DNA of 64,000 nt from Nageia nagi. Taxonomy: Eukaryota > Plantae > Pinophyta. Location of the stretch: contig JBITNC010000001.1 in the NCBI GenBank assembly GCA_050084985.1, positions 39,618,001 through 39,682,000 of the forward strand, written 5' to 3'. The position numbers and the translations under genes were made by a program. The notes beneath the pieces are model-generated. The model made no database searches and had not been told where the DNA came from. It saw only the letters and a list, made by a program, of their open reading frames with translations. Below are positions 26,760-40,140 of the stretch, piece by piece; positions within the stretch are counted from its first letter, which is position 1; each line of letters starts with the position of its first letter.

Positions 26760-29700
26760 TTACCATCCATATACCATAATTGTTTGAATTTCATTCATGA
26801 AAGGGTAGTGCATTGCATTCTTGGAGATGAAAATCCATATTCACATTTTAACACTACTTATTTGCCTAATGATATAGCTTTACTATCTACTCACTTTTTT
26901 ACAATACATATACCAAAGAGTGAATCCTTAATGGATGATCCCTATAAAAATGGAAATATTTCTAACATGTCAAAAGGAAAGCAAATCTTAAATCAATGAG
27001 AATAGAATAGTGGTTTAAAATCAAATGTGATAATAACACCACAAGAGAATAAATCTTGAGAAGAAAAAGATAAAAAGTTAGATAAAATAAATAAAGCCTC
27101 ATCTTCAAAAAGTTCATCCCAAATAAATGTATTATCTAAAACTAATGAAGATAAATCATCATATATCTACCCAGTAATGATACAATTATCTAATTTAAGC
27201 ATAAAAGAATATAATATCAATGATGATATATTCAATATTCCATTTACTCAAGATATATGGAAGCCTATTCAATCTCCTTGTGTGGTGGGACAACTAGTTC
27301 CATTAGGAAATGAACCCAATCAAACTTTATTTATGTATGTAGGAGTCAAAGAGCCTAAATCAATCCATTTACCCATACCTAATGAAGGTGCATTTTCTAA
27401 TTCATTATAATATCTTTGACCTTTTGTAAAAAACTTTGTTCAAAAGTTTTTCATATATGTTAATGGAAAGGACATGGTTTAGGACATTATAAACAAGGAC
27501 CAAGATATGTCATTGATATCTACTATCAACAACCAACCTACAAAATAGGTTTGGGATATAAAAGAAAATCTAAAGATCAATCAACTATGAAAATAGTTAA
27601 TAAAAAAATCTTGGATTATGATAATTTGGTTCAAGATTATGAATGGGAATCTAGCTAAAGTGAAACATAATTAGAAATATCAATACCTTAACATTTATTT
27701 TTTGATGATATTTCGATCAACATGGTACAAATTGAAGAAATGCCTAATGAAAATATCAAAATTGATAAATGGTTTATTATAAATGATGAAATGGTAGATT
27801 TTTACCTTCTTGCAAAGAATCCAACAATACAAGAATTAAAGATGTAGATGTTATATTCCAAGCAATTCAATCCACTTCAAATATTGCTTTAATCAAGAAA
27901 AATATTAGTGAAGATGAGGACTATAATATAAATGATAAACATTGGATTCTTGTACCTAACTAATTAGAAGAAGTATCTCACATGTTGATCTAAGAAATGA
28001 TTGATGTTGATTTAAGTGATGATCCTAATAACTCTAAGATTATTCAACTAGGAAAATCTTTAAGTGAAAAATAAAAGAATATATTCACCACTATTATTAA
28101 AGAAAGACAAAAGGTATTTGCATGGCCTTACATAGATATGCTTCTAATAGATTCTAAGTTAGTTATACATAATTTAGGGCTCAAAAAAGATGTTAAACTT
28201 GTTAAATAGAAATTGAGAAAAATGCATCCTACAATTGCTTTAATGGTAAAAGAAAAACCCCAAAAATTACTAGAAGTAAAATTTATTCAACCAATTGACT
28301 ATTTGGATTGGATATCTAATATGGTCCTAGTTAAAAAACCTAATGGGAAAATTTGCATTTGTACAAAATTTAGAGATCCAAATAAATCATATTTGAAAGA
28401 TGAATTTCCCTTTCTAAATATTTATGATTTGGTTGATGCTACAATAGGACATGAAATGCTCTCACTTATGGATGGATTTTATGGATATAATCAAATAAAA
28501 TTAACCATAGAAGATCAACATAAAATAGCATTTACCACTCCTTGTGGTACATTTTGTTACAAAGTAATGCCTTTTAACTTAAAACATATTAGATCAACTT
28601 ATTAAAGAGAAATGGAATATATTTTTCATGACTATATGAATTATATAATGGAAGATTGTGTAGACGATTTATTAGCAAAATCAAAAACTAGCGAGCAACA
28701 TCCAAAAGTACTCATTAAAATATTTGACAGATTATTAAAGCATAATGTAAAATTAAATCCAAAGAAATGTATTTTTGGAGTCACTTTAGGTAAATTATTG
28801 GGCTTTATTGTGTCAATGTGTGGGATTGAGGTGGATCTTAATATAATAAAAACTATAGTGAACATATCTCCTTCTAATATTAAACAATTACAAAGTTTAT
28901 AAGGAACATTACAAGCCATAAGATATTTTATAGCTCAATTATCTAATAAATGTAATCCTTTTAATAAATTGTTAAAGAAAGAAATCACTTTCCAATGGGA
29001 TGAAGAACAAAAAATACATTTGATGAAATTAAATGTTATCTTTTATCACCCCCATTTTTTATTCCTCCAAAAGTAGGGGAGACATTTTTACTTTATTCTT
29101 CAGCTATAGAAATCACTTTAGGTACCATGCTTACCCAAAAAAATGAAAATAATAAAGAATAGGTTGTATACTATCTTATTCAAACTTTTATTGATTATGA
29201 AATAAGATATGTATACATGGAAAAGTTATGTTTAGAAATAATCTTTGCAACAAAGAAACTTAGACATTACATGCTCAATCATACAACTTATGTAATTGCA
29301 AAAGTATATCCATTAAAATAAATGATGAATAAAACTTATCAAGATATAAAAACATCAAAATGGATTATACATTTGATAGAATTTGACTTGCAATTTATAA
29401 GTGAAAAATCTATAAAGGGTCAAGTCATAGTTGATTATCTCACAGAAGTACCAATACAGGATGATAAACCCCTTGTAATAGAATTACTTGATTAGCATGT
29501 ATTTCAATTAAATGAAATAGAGATGTCAGTAGAATCTGAGGAAGATTGGGATATGGTTATCTATTTTGATGGTTCTCGATGTAAAAAAAGTGGAGGTGCA
29601 GGTATTGTATTTGTCACACCACAAGGAGTTCCTATCCCATATTCCTTCAAGTTAAATTTCCCATGCACAAATAATAATGTTAAATATGAAGCTTTAATAT

Positions 29701-31308
29701 TGGTAATAAAAATTCCATAAAATTAAAAATAAGAAAGGTAAAATTCATTGGTGATTCATTATTGATATTGAATCAAGTTAGAGGGATGTTTCAATGTAAA
29801 GAACCACTACTTTAGAGATATAAAAAATTGGTTGATTCATTATTATCATCCTTTGATAAATATGAATTAGAAGTAGCACCTAGATCAACTAATACATTTA
29901 CTGATTTAATGGAATTAATTAGATCAATTATGCCACAAGATCCTTATAGGTACATAATTCATGTTGAAGTGGTTTAAATCACTAAATATTTCCCAAAATC
30001 AAATGATGAGTCATATGAAGTGTTAGATATTACTATAGAAGATAAAAATCTATGGCATAATTAGTTAGTTAAATTTTTAAAAGATGGAGTTTTACCTCAA
30101 GAATTAACTAAGTTAGCTAACAAGACATTCAAATTAAAAGCTTCTTGTTATTGTATGTTGGGAGATGTCCTATATCATAGAGGTTTTGATGGAATCTTAC
30201 TTAGATGCTTGGAATGGACCAATTCAAAAACCACTATCTCATGCATGTATGATGGAATATGTGAATGGCATTTTAGTGCTCCCACCATTATGAAAATATT
30301 AATGCATATGGGATACTATTGGCCTACCATAGATAATGATTATGTTGAATATGTTAAAAAATATTTTAAATATCAATAACATGCTAACCTATATATACAA
30401 CCATCTCAATCTCTATAACCAATGCAGTTGCTTTGCCCATTTTCAAGATGGGCATTGGTGTTAATAGGTCAAATTTTACCTATCTCATTAGGAGGTCATA
30501 AGTTCATAATTATAGTGATTGAATATTTCACTAAATGGGTAGAATTCATTCCCATAATTTCTACTAAAGGCCTTAAGATAGCAGAATTCATAGAACATCA
30601 CATCATATGTAGGTTTGAAACTCTTGCTCAAATAGTAATAGATAATGGGAAAAAATTTAAAAATAAATAAGTGTTAGCCCTATGTAAAGGATATCATATC
30701 AGGATCAATATCTCTACACCATACTACCCTCAAGGAAATGCTCAAGTTGAGGCCAAAAATAAAACTATGAGTATTCTACTTAAAATTATCAATAATTCTT
30801 ATAGAGATTAACATGTAATAATACCCCATGCTTTATAGGCATATTGCACAAGCATTAGAACTCCAACTAGGGCAATCCTATTTTCTTTAGTTTATGGTGT
30901 AAAAGAAATATTTCCTTTAGAAATTCAAATCCCTTCTTTGCATTTTACACTATAGTATTATATAACTGATGAGGTAGCTTGTCAAACAAGATTAGATTAG
31001 TTATTATTATTACATGAAAGAATAATTCATCCATTGGAACATATGCAAACTTATCAGAATTGCATAAAGAAAGCTTTTGATAAAAAGGTTAAAATTCATG
31101 AATTCAACACACGGGATTTAGTACTTAAAGAAAACCAACAAACTTCACAAATGGAATGACAACTTCATGATAAATTTGCTCTAGATTGGTTAGGATCATA
31201 AATTATTAATAAAAAATTTAGATCTGAAGCCTACCAGCTAGCTAACATGGTAGGAAATGAAGAGCATGAACCTATCAATATCATGCATCTTTTACCTTTC
31301 TATAGTTA
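26760..31308 (+). pseudogene. Gypsy pol: protease tail, G-patch-like linker, RT, RNase H, extra archaeal-type RNase H, integrase
   Basis: PSIYHNCLNF; GHGLGHYKQG..IGLGY (~27465-27560); WISNMVLVKK, MDGFYGYNQI, CVDDLL; VIYFDGS..GGAG..NNNVKYEAL; GYYWPT, YFTKWVE, DNGKKF. Confidence 0.93.
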
Positions 31309-31369
31309 AGAATCCCTCCTAAAAAATATTGTATATAATGTAAATAAACCTTTTCATATATATATATAT

Positions 31370-32841
31370 AATTAATATAAATTATATTTTTGTAAAAAAC
31401 TTATACATATTAATATATGTAACAAATGGTGTCCAAAAGGAGCAAAAGAATTTAGGAAGTAGCTAATGCAAGAGGGATATGATAAGCACTTTGGTTTTAA
31501 AAACCAAGATATTTTTGAATACAGAGCTATTTCTAGATTGTCACAACATGCCACTCAAGAGTCTAGAAATTTTCTTTGATTGCCAATTGATATGAAAAGG
31601 ATCCTAGTTTCAAAAAATTTCCCTAGTGAGTATGATGAATGGAAATTATTCATTAATGAAGATAATCTTGATATTCATAAATATAAATCTATGTCTCATT
31701 TAGGCTATTGGCATTACCATGGTCAAGTTTATAAAATAAGTATTTTATGTCTATATTGGCCTACAATAGCTCCTAGACTTATATTTGATTGTACCTTCAA
31801 CATTTGGATTTTAAACATGGCTTATCATACTCTCTAAAATCTAAGCCCATTATTTGAGTGGAAAAATCAAATTACAAGAGACTTATGTCATAAAAAAGTG
31901 ATATATGATTTCTCTTTCAAATTTATCTATAAACCTAGATAATTAGAAAAGCTTAAGCAAAAGATCAATCAATGATTTTATCACATCAATTCAAGGTTCC
32001 CACATCCTCCATTTCACAACATTCAAAATAAATCTTTCACATGTAATCAATTGAAAAAATATCATTTAACACAAATTCAATTTGATTATGCAAATTTGGA
32101 TTTCATGGATAGGTATAGAGGAAATACTTATATGACATTATTAAGAAAAACTCCTTCTATGCTTATGTTTCATTTTATATCTCTACCAAAATAAATTCAA
32201 GAAATCATAACCATGAAATACTATGAAAATCGAACATCAAATGCATGGTCCTTAAAAATAAATGATATCAAGTTCATAATTGAAATAGAAGCACAAGAAA
32301 TGTTGATGGAATATGATTATGAAATGAGCTTACTCCATCTCTTTCAAATACATTGGCCTTATCATAAACCTAAAGTATCATTGAATTGTGTTAATTATGT
32401 CACTTTTAGATTCATGGGTCATACTATCTCTCAAATGGAAGTAATTCATGAGGACACTATAAGTTACCTTCTACCCTCTCTTATAAATGATGAAACCATA
32501 ATTGATTACAATTCATTATTTAGTAGGATGTATTGCCTAGATAATCTTTTGGATGTGAAAGAAAGGTTTGGACGAGTTAAACAACATTTTTTGAAAAAGG
32601 AACCAATTGAAAAAATGAAATCTTGTACAAAATTTCCATCATAGCAATGGAAAATTTACTTTCACTAGATTCATTAGCTTCATCATATCCTATATATCTC
32701 TTAAAATAGTCCATGATATGTAACAATGATACAATTTTAAAACCAAAGAGGATAATAAAAAAATTCAAACCAAAATTAAAAGTTTTTTGTTATACAATAT
32801 CATCAACATTGATTTTTTATCCCATTAATCATAAACCATGA
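31370..32841 (+). pseudogene. Extra sense ORF after integrase (~490 codons) with an internal ~201-aa tandem domain; function unknown
   Basis: ORF fragments 31580-31837 and 32213-32644 are in the same frame, bridged only by TAA/TGA stops reachable by a single transition. One frameshift in an A-run near 32610 extends it to TGA at ~32841. Confidence 0.75.
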
Positions 32842-34719
32842 ATTCTTGGACTAGGACCTATTTATCTTTGATTGCAACCATCATATTATTATGTTTTAAG
32901 TCACAATAGTTGTATCATTCATAAAAGGTCTCTTTTTGAAACATCATTCCAATATTGTTCATCATCTATCATTGTGAAAATAACAAAAATAATATAAAAT
33001 AACAAAAACCCTAAAAAATAGAAATCCACAAAAAAAAATCCTCAAAATTTAAAAAAAAAAAAAATCTCCAAAAACTACATAAATATATATATATATAATA
33101 CAAAAATATTGTTATAAGTGTTTTACTCAAAAATTATATTTCTAAAGCATCTTGGCTATTGGGTGCATTGCCCTACGTGTTTACACTACACTATATTGTA
33201 CCTTGTTGTGCTTGTATGTGACTTTCAAGTGCTATAATTATTAAGTATCAATTGTGAAAATTATGTTAACTCATTAAATTATATGTATTTAAAAACCATC
33301 ATCCATCCATGTATAGTTCATATATATAGCTATATTTATGAATGTAAAGTGAATAATGAATTTTATACTTATGTTTGATTTTATCGAAAGATCTTATGTT
33401 TAGTTTTGTTACTCAGGATGATAGACAAACATAACTATGATAATTTTGTAGGATACCATGAACTCAAACACACTTACACATCTAAAATATCAAAACAAAA
33501 AAAGACTAGGTGTTCCTTGAGCATGATTTTGAGCATATATTCTCCCTTTATTTTGCTTCATCTTGAACTCAAGAGTTAGGATAGAAAAAAAAAAGAATAG
33601 GATTTTAAAAAAAAAATTGAATGATGTGTGTATATATAGATAGAAAAAAAGATTTAAAAAAAAAAGAGAAAGTGTAGAATTCTTGAGTGATTACAATATC
33701 CTCTATAGAGGCTATGGAATCCTAATTGGCAATAGAGAAAGGATGTAGTGGGATCTAGGGGTTAATCTCCACCAGGGCTATGGACACTTGTCTAGAAGTG
33801 GAGCATACCTTACAAAGTGGTGACATGTCCAGTCTTTACGATGGACCATTGTATGCATGTAAGGAGAATCAACTTACATATGTCATGCTCTTGAAATATT
33901 TAGTTTTTGAATGTGAAGAGAAGGGAATAGATATCATAGCACACATGAGTTCATAGTAAACTTATAAGTATTATGAATTTGTTTAATATCATTTCTAGTA
34001 TACAAATCAAAACTAAACATTGCTTGATAATATTAAATATTAAGTACTTTATTCATTACACTTCTTTATTCATATTATTCATTCATTCCATTTCACAATA
34101 TTTACAACATTATTATACAATTTGATGAGTTGCCATAATATTATAATTGATACCAAAATAATTATGTCATTAAATAGTATATAGTAATTATGTTTCATGC
34201 ATTCATATGTTATACATTTGTGCCCATACATTTATGTTCCATACATTCCAACCATATGTTATCCATTTCATACATCCATACATTTTTACATTCATTACAT
34301 GTACATCTTACATCAAGTTACTCTATATATAAAATAGCCAAGACATAAAGAATGATGTAATTTGATTCTATACTCCTATAACCAAATTATGTCCCATACA
34401 TGCAAAGATAATATAACATGCATTATATATTGGAAAACATAACATATGATCTATCATCAATATCAACATACATCTACATCTCCAAACAATTATACATGCA
34501 TCAATTATCATATCAACATACTATCTAAAGCTAATACATACATCTATAAACAACATATAAGAAGTCTCAATACCAAAACATATATATAAAATCATAATCA
34601 TCATATGTCATTCATCATCAAAAATATACATGTCCATGTAAATGCTAGATCATGGCCTCATGATCTCAAAAAATAGTGAAAATATCTAAACAAACCATCA
34701 AAGTCTAACAAGTGCAAAT

Positions 34720-37070
34720 AACATAACATAAATGGGGCATCCTCATGGATTGTCCTGATGACTACCCTAACTACTAGCTCTACTATTGGTACCACCTATT
34801 TTGTGACTTGGAGGAGTAGTTTGCATTGAAATTGTAGGACTAGCAGCCTATGCTACCCTCTATAACTCTAATGAACCCATAAGATATTATGAGGAGACAC
34901 TAGCTATCTTGCTCCTACTCTATGATGTTGTTGGCCTGGCTAGTCTACCCTATGTACTAGCTATCCCCTAAGCATCACTAGCTCCTTTATGTATGGAGAC
35001 ATATATTAGCACATAGCTTAAGGGAGGAAATGGATATTTTACTCCTAAAGCAAACAATGGAATCCCTATCAACCAAGTTTGGAAAATTGCATGTAGTAAT
35101 CCTACTACTAAAGAATACTCTAAATAAAAGTTGAGGGCTAACTAGTCGCTCCTATAGATGTGCTAGCCCCTCCCATATGTTGTGTATATGTAGCCTATGT
35201 ATAATATTAGGCCGCTTTCCTCTCTTTATGATACTTATCTCTTTCATATTAGTGTTGGTACATATGAGCACTAGTCTAAGATAACTGATATCATAACTCA
35301 TAAATATCTCCTAGGAGGGCATCAATACTAGGCACCTATGGAGAAGGACCTTGAACTCCTCTATCCCCTCCAGCTATTATACCTACCTATACCTTTGTAC
35401 CCTAGCTAATTATGTCTTATAACTCATCAACCACCTTCTCCTCTACCTATTCACCAACTACCTTTGCAACCTCAACTACTACATCTGGATCATCTACTCA
35501 TTAGCAAACTCAATGATCCTACTCATCTCCCTTGATCTTAATCTACCACCATGTTGAGAACTCCTCTGTGACCCCTACATCATTAGCTCCTAAATCATCC
35601 ACTAAGGGATCCTCTTAGGTAAGATCTAGCTCTACATAGACTAGAGGTTGAACACCCTCAATTGGTAGCTCTCCCACTCTCAGAAACCTCAAAGGCATTA
35701 GTGGGATATCTTTAATCAAGATAAACTAAAGATGAACATGCTTAAAGTAGAAGTACTCTAGAAACTTTATCCTCTGACCATTAAGAACCTAAGCATATCA
35801 AATACCTATTAATTTAACTATAAGCCCATCCCATATTGGATAACCATAATAAGTTTAAACCTCACCTTCTGTATAATGAGGTGAGAGATCATATGCTGGT
35901 TTTGTGTGATATCATGAAAAATGTCATCTAAGGGGTGACTGTAGAATTCCTCCCTCCATCGCATGATGCTAGCTAGATAGGTAGTATGTGTATCAAAATT
36001 TAGCATTAGAAGCCCCAAAGGATGAGCCATATGAATGTGCTCATATGCATGTGCATGTAGAGTAATAGTAACCAATAAAGAGGCCATATGGCCCAAAGAG
36101 TAGAAGAAAAGCTCTTTGTAAATCTATGCTAGTAAAGTAGGAGCCCAAGCATACACTATCCCATGTAGAAGCATGTTAGCCACTATGTGTAATAGTGACC
36201 ATGGAAATATCCTACCACTAGTGTTTGGAAGGGTGTAACACTAGATTAGTCCCATCAGATAAGATTCCCTAACAAGATCTTGCTAATCAATCTTCCAGTA
36301 CCTAAAGTAAAAAATATCACTAGAAAACATCTCACCCATGGTCCTCTTGACTACATTTGCTTCATAAATCATTGCAATGTCAAAATGTATTAAGTCCTAA
36401 TCCAAAGCATGTTGTATCCATTAACCTTGAATGGGTAATCAGTATAAATGGTGGATGTCCTCCATTGTAATAGTCATCTCCCCCATTGGGAGATGGAAGG
36501 AATCAATGGATAGATCCTACCTCTCAAGCAATACCCCCAGCAAAGGTTAGTTCCAATGTATACGACAAATGAAAGGTCCAACTTTGAATCCAATTGAGTA
36601 AAGAAAAGTTTAGTCCTCAATATTCAGTAAAGCATGGCCATCCTTGATGATCCATGGATACCTTCCTTGAGGCTTGAATATAGCTAAAACCTAGTTAATA
36701 TGCATAAATAATTACTTAAAAAAATTGATCTAGGGTTGATTATTGATGATTAAGTCCTAAGTTTATGGAACCACTGATGTTTGAATCCTAATCATCAATA
36801 TTTTTATAAACCCTCAACCCTAGATAGTGACCATGGCTAAGGGTTTCAAAAAATTTCAAAAAACTTAAAAATGCATCAAAACAAAAAATTAAATGGTTAA
36901 AAATACTCTAAAATACATTCCTAAGCATCTTATTATTTTCATTTTTTGAAAAATGGAATAGAATTAAACTAATAACCAAAAAATTAAAAGGGGATTTAAA
37001 ACCCTACCTTTTCCCTCATTGGCCTCTTGCATGGTATCTAGCATCCTTATGGTGGCATCTTGGTCCACAT
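34720..37070 (-). pseudogene. Antisense PMD ORF in the Gypsy 3' region, with a predicted intron at 36691-37007
   Basis: LLGVLLER*DLSIDSFHLPMGEMTITMEDIHHLY*LPIQG and HAHAYEHI. The AAG|GTAGGG donor and CTAG|G acceptor give an in-frame join. Confidence 0.85.
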
Positions 37071-37367
37071 TGTAGTGAAAAAGATAACTATGGGGTAAAA
37101 CTTTGAAAAGGGTGGGGTAGGGTAGCAATAGAGCTCTTACTAAGAACAAAAAATAAATGAGAAAGTGAAAATAGGTCTTTTTTTATTTTTATCCCCCTAC
37201 ATAGTTGAATTTCAATGATTTGGATCGAGTGTTAGTGATCGATCCATCAAGATCACTGATGATCAGCTTTCCACAAAAGAGGAAAAATTTACAAAAAACT
37301 CAAAAGATTTTACAAAATCTAAACTAATTTCCCTCTCTCTTAGCTTGATATTAAACTTAAAAACATG

Positions 37368-37368
<1 letters not shown>

Positions 37369-37401
<33 letters not shown>
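37369..37401. repeat. (TA)n microsatellite
   Basis: Direct read. Confidence 0.9.
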
Positions 37402-37403
<2 letters not shown>

Positions 37404-37968
37404 CCCTTATACATCAAAAAATAGCTAGCCCATTTCGTAACATGGCTGACAAGGATACTAAACTCTACATTTAGAATTAAGAACCAAGGTTACTAAACCA
37501 CTCAAAGCAACATGGATAAAAGAGATGAATTCTCTCAAAATACTTCAAATTTTTAAAAATTTAACATGATACAAAGTGGATTAATCTTTGTATAAGATTA
37601 CCATGAAACCCTACTATCAATCCAAATGATAGTACTATCAAAATCAAGTTGTATACATAAGAAACACTTACACAATACATGCTTATTTAGACATGTGGAT
37701 AGACAAATAGAATTTTCATCCAACTATCACATAATTATAGAGTATGGAAGATCAAAAATAGTGTTTTTCTTGGTCTACACCCTTAAAATTATCTTCAAAA
37801 TGTGTCAAGAGCAAAAGATGAAATACACTTTTATCATAATTCAATCAATCGAAGTTTGACTTACTCAAGATACTAAGTCAATTTTTAAACATTGACCATA
37901 GAGTCAACCATACAAGTTATGGAACTTGGACACCCCCTTCTACATTTTTGAATTATCCCAGATAAATT

Positions 37969-37981
37969 AAAAGGGGCAAAA
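37969..37981 (+). promoter_or_regulatory. Gypsy polypurine tract
   Basis: AAAAGGGGCAAAA immediately before the 3' LTR TG. Confidence 0.85.
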
Positions 37982-38885
37982 TGTAGATACCTAAAAATGA
38001 CTCATTCAAAAATTGGATGAAAATGATGCTTAAAATCATGTGTAAACATAAAAAACTAACATAAGGTAAAATACCAATGATTGGGTACTGATTGTAGGAG
38101 ATAATACCTAATCATTGGAACTCGATTTAAATCACCAATGAATTTATAAAAAGAAAACTAAAAAAATAGTATGAGTTTTGGAGCTCATCTCTTCCTCAAA
38201 AATGTGGCTAGGAAGAGGATTCATCATCTTGGATAGGATTTGACATGACTCCCTCAACCTATTCCCATTCATGGATGAGTTTTGACTCCATTTTTGTAGC
38301 TATCCTAGGTGACTAACTTAGCAAATGAAAAATCTATAAATACAATGCACACAATACACAATGTAGACCCAAATTGGAAGTAAGACAATGTTTCCAAAAT
38401 TGTACTAAGACTGTTGTAAGACTATCTACTTTCAATAATACAATTTTACATGTCTTCATATTTTAATGCTTATATTTTATGATAATAGGTATGTTTTATG
38501 TGTTGTTTTAGCATGTGTTTAGGGTAAATAACTACTAAGGCATGATGAATTGAAGACACATTGAGCTAGAAGCCAAATAGAATCGAAAATGAGGAAAAAT
38601 ACACTCAAGTCTAGTATATATCTCAAGTTACAAAATGATGATGGTTGCATATTGGGCACCAACAATTCACTTGAATCTCCAACAATTCATAAAGATCATC
38701 AATAATTACTTCATTTTTCAAGTAGAGGGGATCGTATCATACCATATTGTAAAATCCCTTTCAAAAGGCAATGGATTAGGAAATCCATAGATTGTAAAAA
38801 CCAAGGCCTTTTAGAAAAGTAATAGAATACATACTTGTTCTAATAGTATTTGTCTATTTGCTAATAGGTTGGTTTATGAATGATA
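37982..38885 (+). repeat. Gypsy 3' LTR
   Basis: Collinear with 22142-22998; terminal CA decayed to TA. Confidence 0.92.
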
Positions 38886-38960
38886 TATATATTCATAAAA
38901 CAAGTTGTTGGATCTTAGTTTTTGATATTGAGAGACCTAATTTTTAGCCCTCTCACCATC

Positions 38961-38970
38961 AAGGGGAGTA
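38961..38970 (+). promoter_or_regulatory. Copia polypurine tract
   Basis: AAGGGGAGTA immediately before the 3' LTR. Confidence 0.85.
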
Positions 38971-39483
38971 TGTTGTAAATACACTTCATCAGAGCTCTAA
39001 ATTTGAGATCAAATTATGCACTTTCTGATGAAATGCATTCCCCCAGGGAATTTCTTAGAAAAATACCATTATGTTTCAAAAATACACCCATGTTTCCTAA
39101 AACACATTAACCTAGTGTGTTTTCCCTGAAATGCAATCATGTTTCAATATAGAAGTTTAGAACAATTAAGGGTGAATTGTCAAGTCATTTTTTTCCCTTT
39201 TCAATTGGATTTTTGCTTATTTTTCATTCTATTTCTTTCAATTAAGATTCAATATGTATAAATAAATAATCTATACTTGTTCTTCATTTTTATTATGGTG
39301 TATATTGGTGTAACTTAAATATTGTACTAGACTTATAATGCAAATTGTTTAATGAAATTTCATAGTAAATTGTTCTTCAATAAAACATCAATTCGGTCCC
39401 AATTTCATTTTGTATAATGTATTGATATTTGTATGGTGAATGTTAATGCATTATTCATTATAAGTGTATGGTGATAGACTTCA
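38971..39483 (+). repeat. Copia 3' LTR
   Basis: TGTTGTAAATACACTTCATCAG...AGACTTCA followed by the TSD ATGAA. Confidence 0.93.
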
Positions 39484-40140
39484 ATGAAATTATGCAATTC
39501 ATGATACATCTAAGCAATGATGTAGGGAGCCCATGCATACCTCACATCCTATGTCATGTAGTAGACTATGTGAACTAAGCCAAGTAGGAATACCTCATGA
39601 TTTTTATTTGGATACATAATACTATCAATACATATGGTCATAATTAATCAGTAGGAATACCTCATGATTTTTATTTGGATACATAATACTATCAATACAT
39701 ATGGTCATAATCAATCATACTCACCTAAACCTCTTCATTTTACCCCTAAACTAATGATTAAGGTATGCACCCTTCTTATTCTAATGATAATCCTCCAATC
39801 ATCTCAACCATTTAGTTGAATCCTTGCATTTTACATCAATCATGTTCTCCTCTATGAAGATAGGGCATCCTTTTACAAGCACCCATAAGATCCTATGAAT
39901 GTCCTTAAGGAAAATAATAACCTCTTTGGTATGCAAATTAAAGGTATTGGTATTTTTACCTCTCCATAAGGTTTGTGAGTAGCTCCTTTTCCATATGCAC
40001 ATAGGGGACATTGAATAAGTAACTCATGCTAACATGTTGAAGTACACCTTGATCCTCATATTTCATTTTATCATGCCAACCCATGCACCATTTTCAACTA
40101 TTAAACATTGGCTTTAACTCCATGAGAAAATAAAAACATT
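39484..40140 (-). pseudogene. PMD ORF, 5' part (continues at 17276)
   Basis: KELLTNLMER*..NTFNLHTKEVIIFLKDIHRILWVLVKG and RYAWAPYIIA*MYHELH PMD motifs. Confidence 0.8.
39583..39716. repeat. 67-bp tandem duplication (1 mismatch)
   Basis: AGTAGGAATACCTCATG...GGTCATAAT(T/C)AATC at 39583 and 39650. Confidence 0.92.

Larger units (their letters stand above)
22142..38885 (+). mobile_element. Ty3/Gypsy Tat-clade (Ogre/Retand-type) LTR retrotransposon, 16.7 kb, nested in the Copia RNase H
   Basis: Paired LTRs, 4/5 TSD AATAT (22137-22141) / TATAT (38886-38890), tRNA-Asn-type PBS, PPT, and RT-RH-aRH-INT order. Confidence 0.93.
17277..39483 (+). mobile_element. Full-length decayed Ty1/Copia LTR retrotransposon interrupted by a Gypsy element
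   Basis: Paired TG...CA LTRs, perfect 5-bp TSD ATGAA (17272-17276 and 39484-39488), PBS, PPT, and gag-PR-INT-RT-RH order. Confidence 0.95.

Noticed and set aside
18562-28919. Minus-strand ORFs 18562-18822, 20307-20546, 21924-22205, 25773-25961 and 28641-28919 as genes
   Set aside because: They are antisense shadows of Copia/Gypsy gag-pol.
31570-32230. Calling the tandem-domain ORF an F-box protein
   Set aside because: Only the short LP....I pattern matches; the rest of the F-box consensus is not evident.
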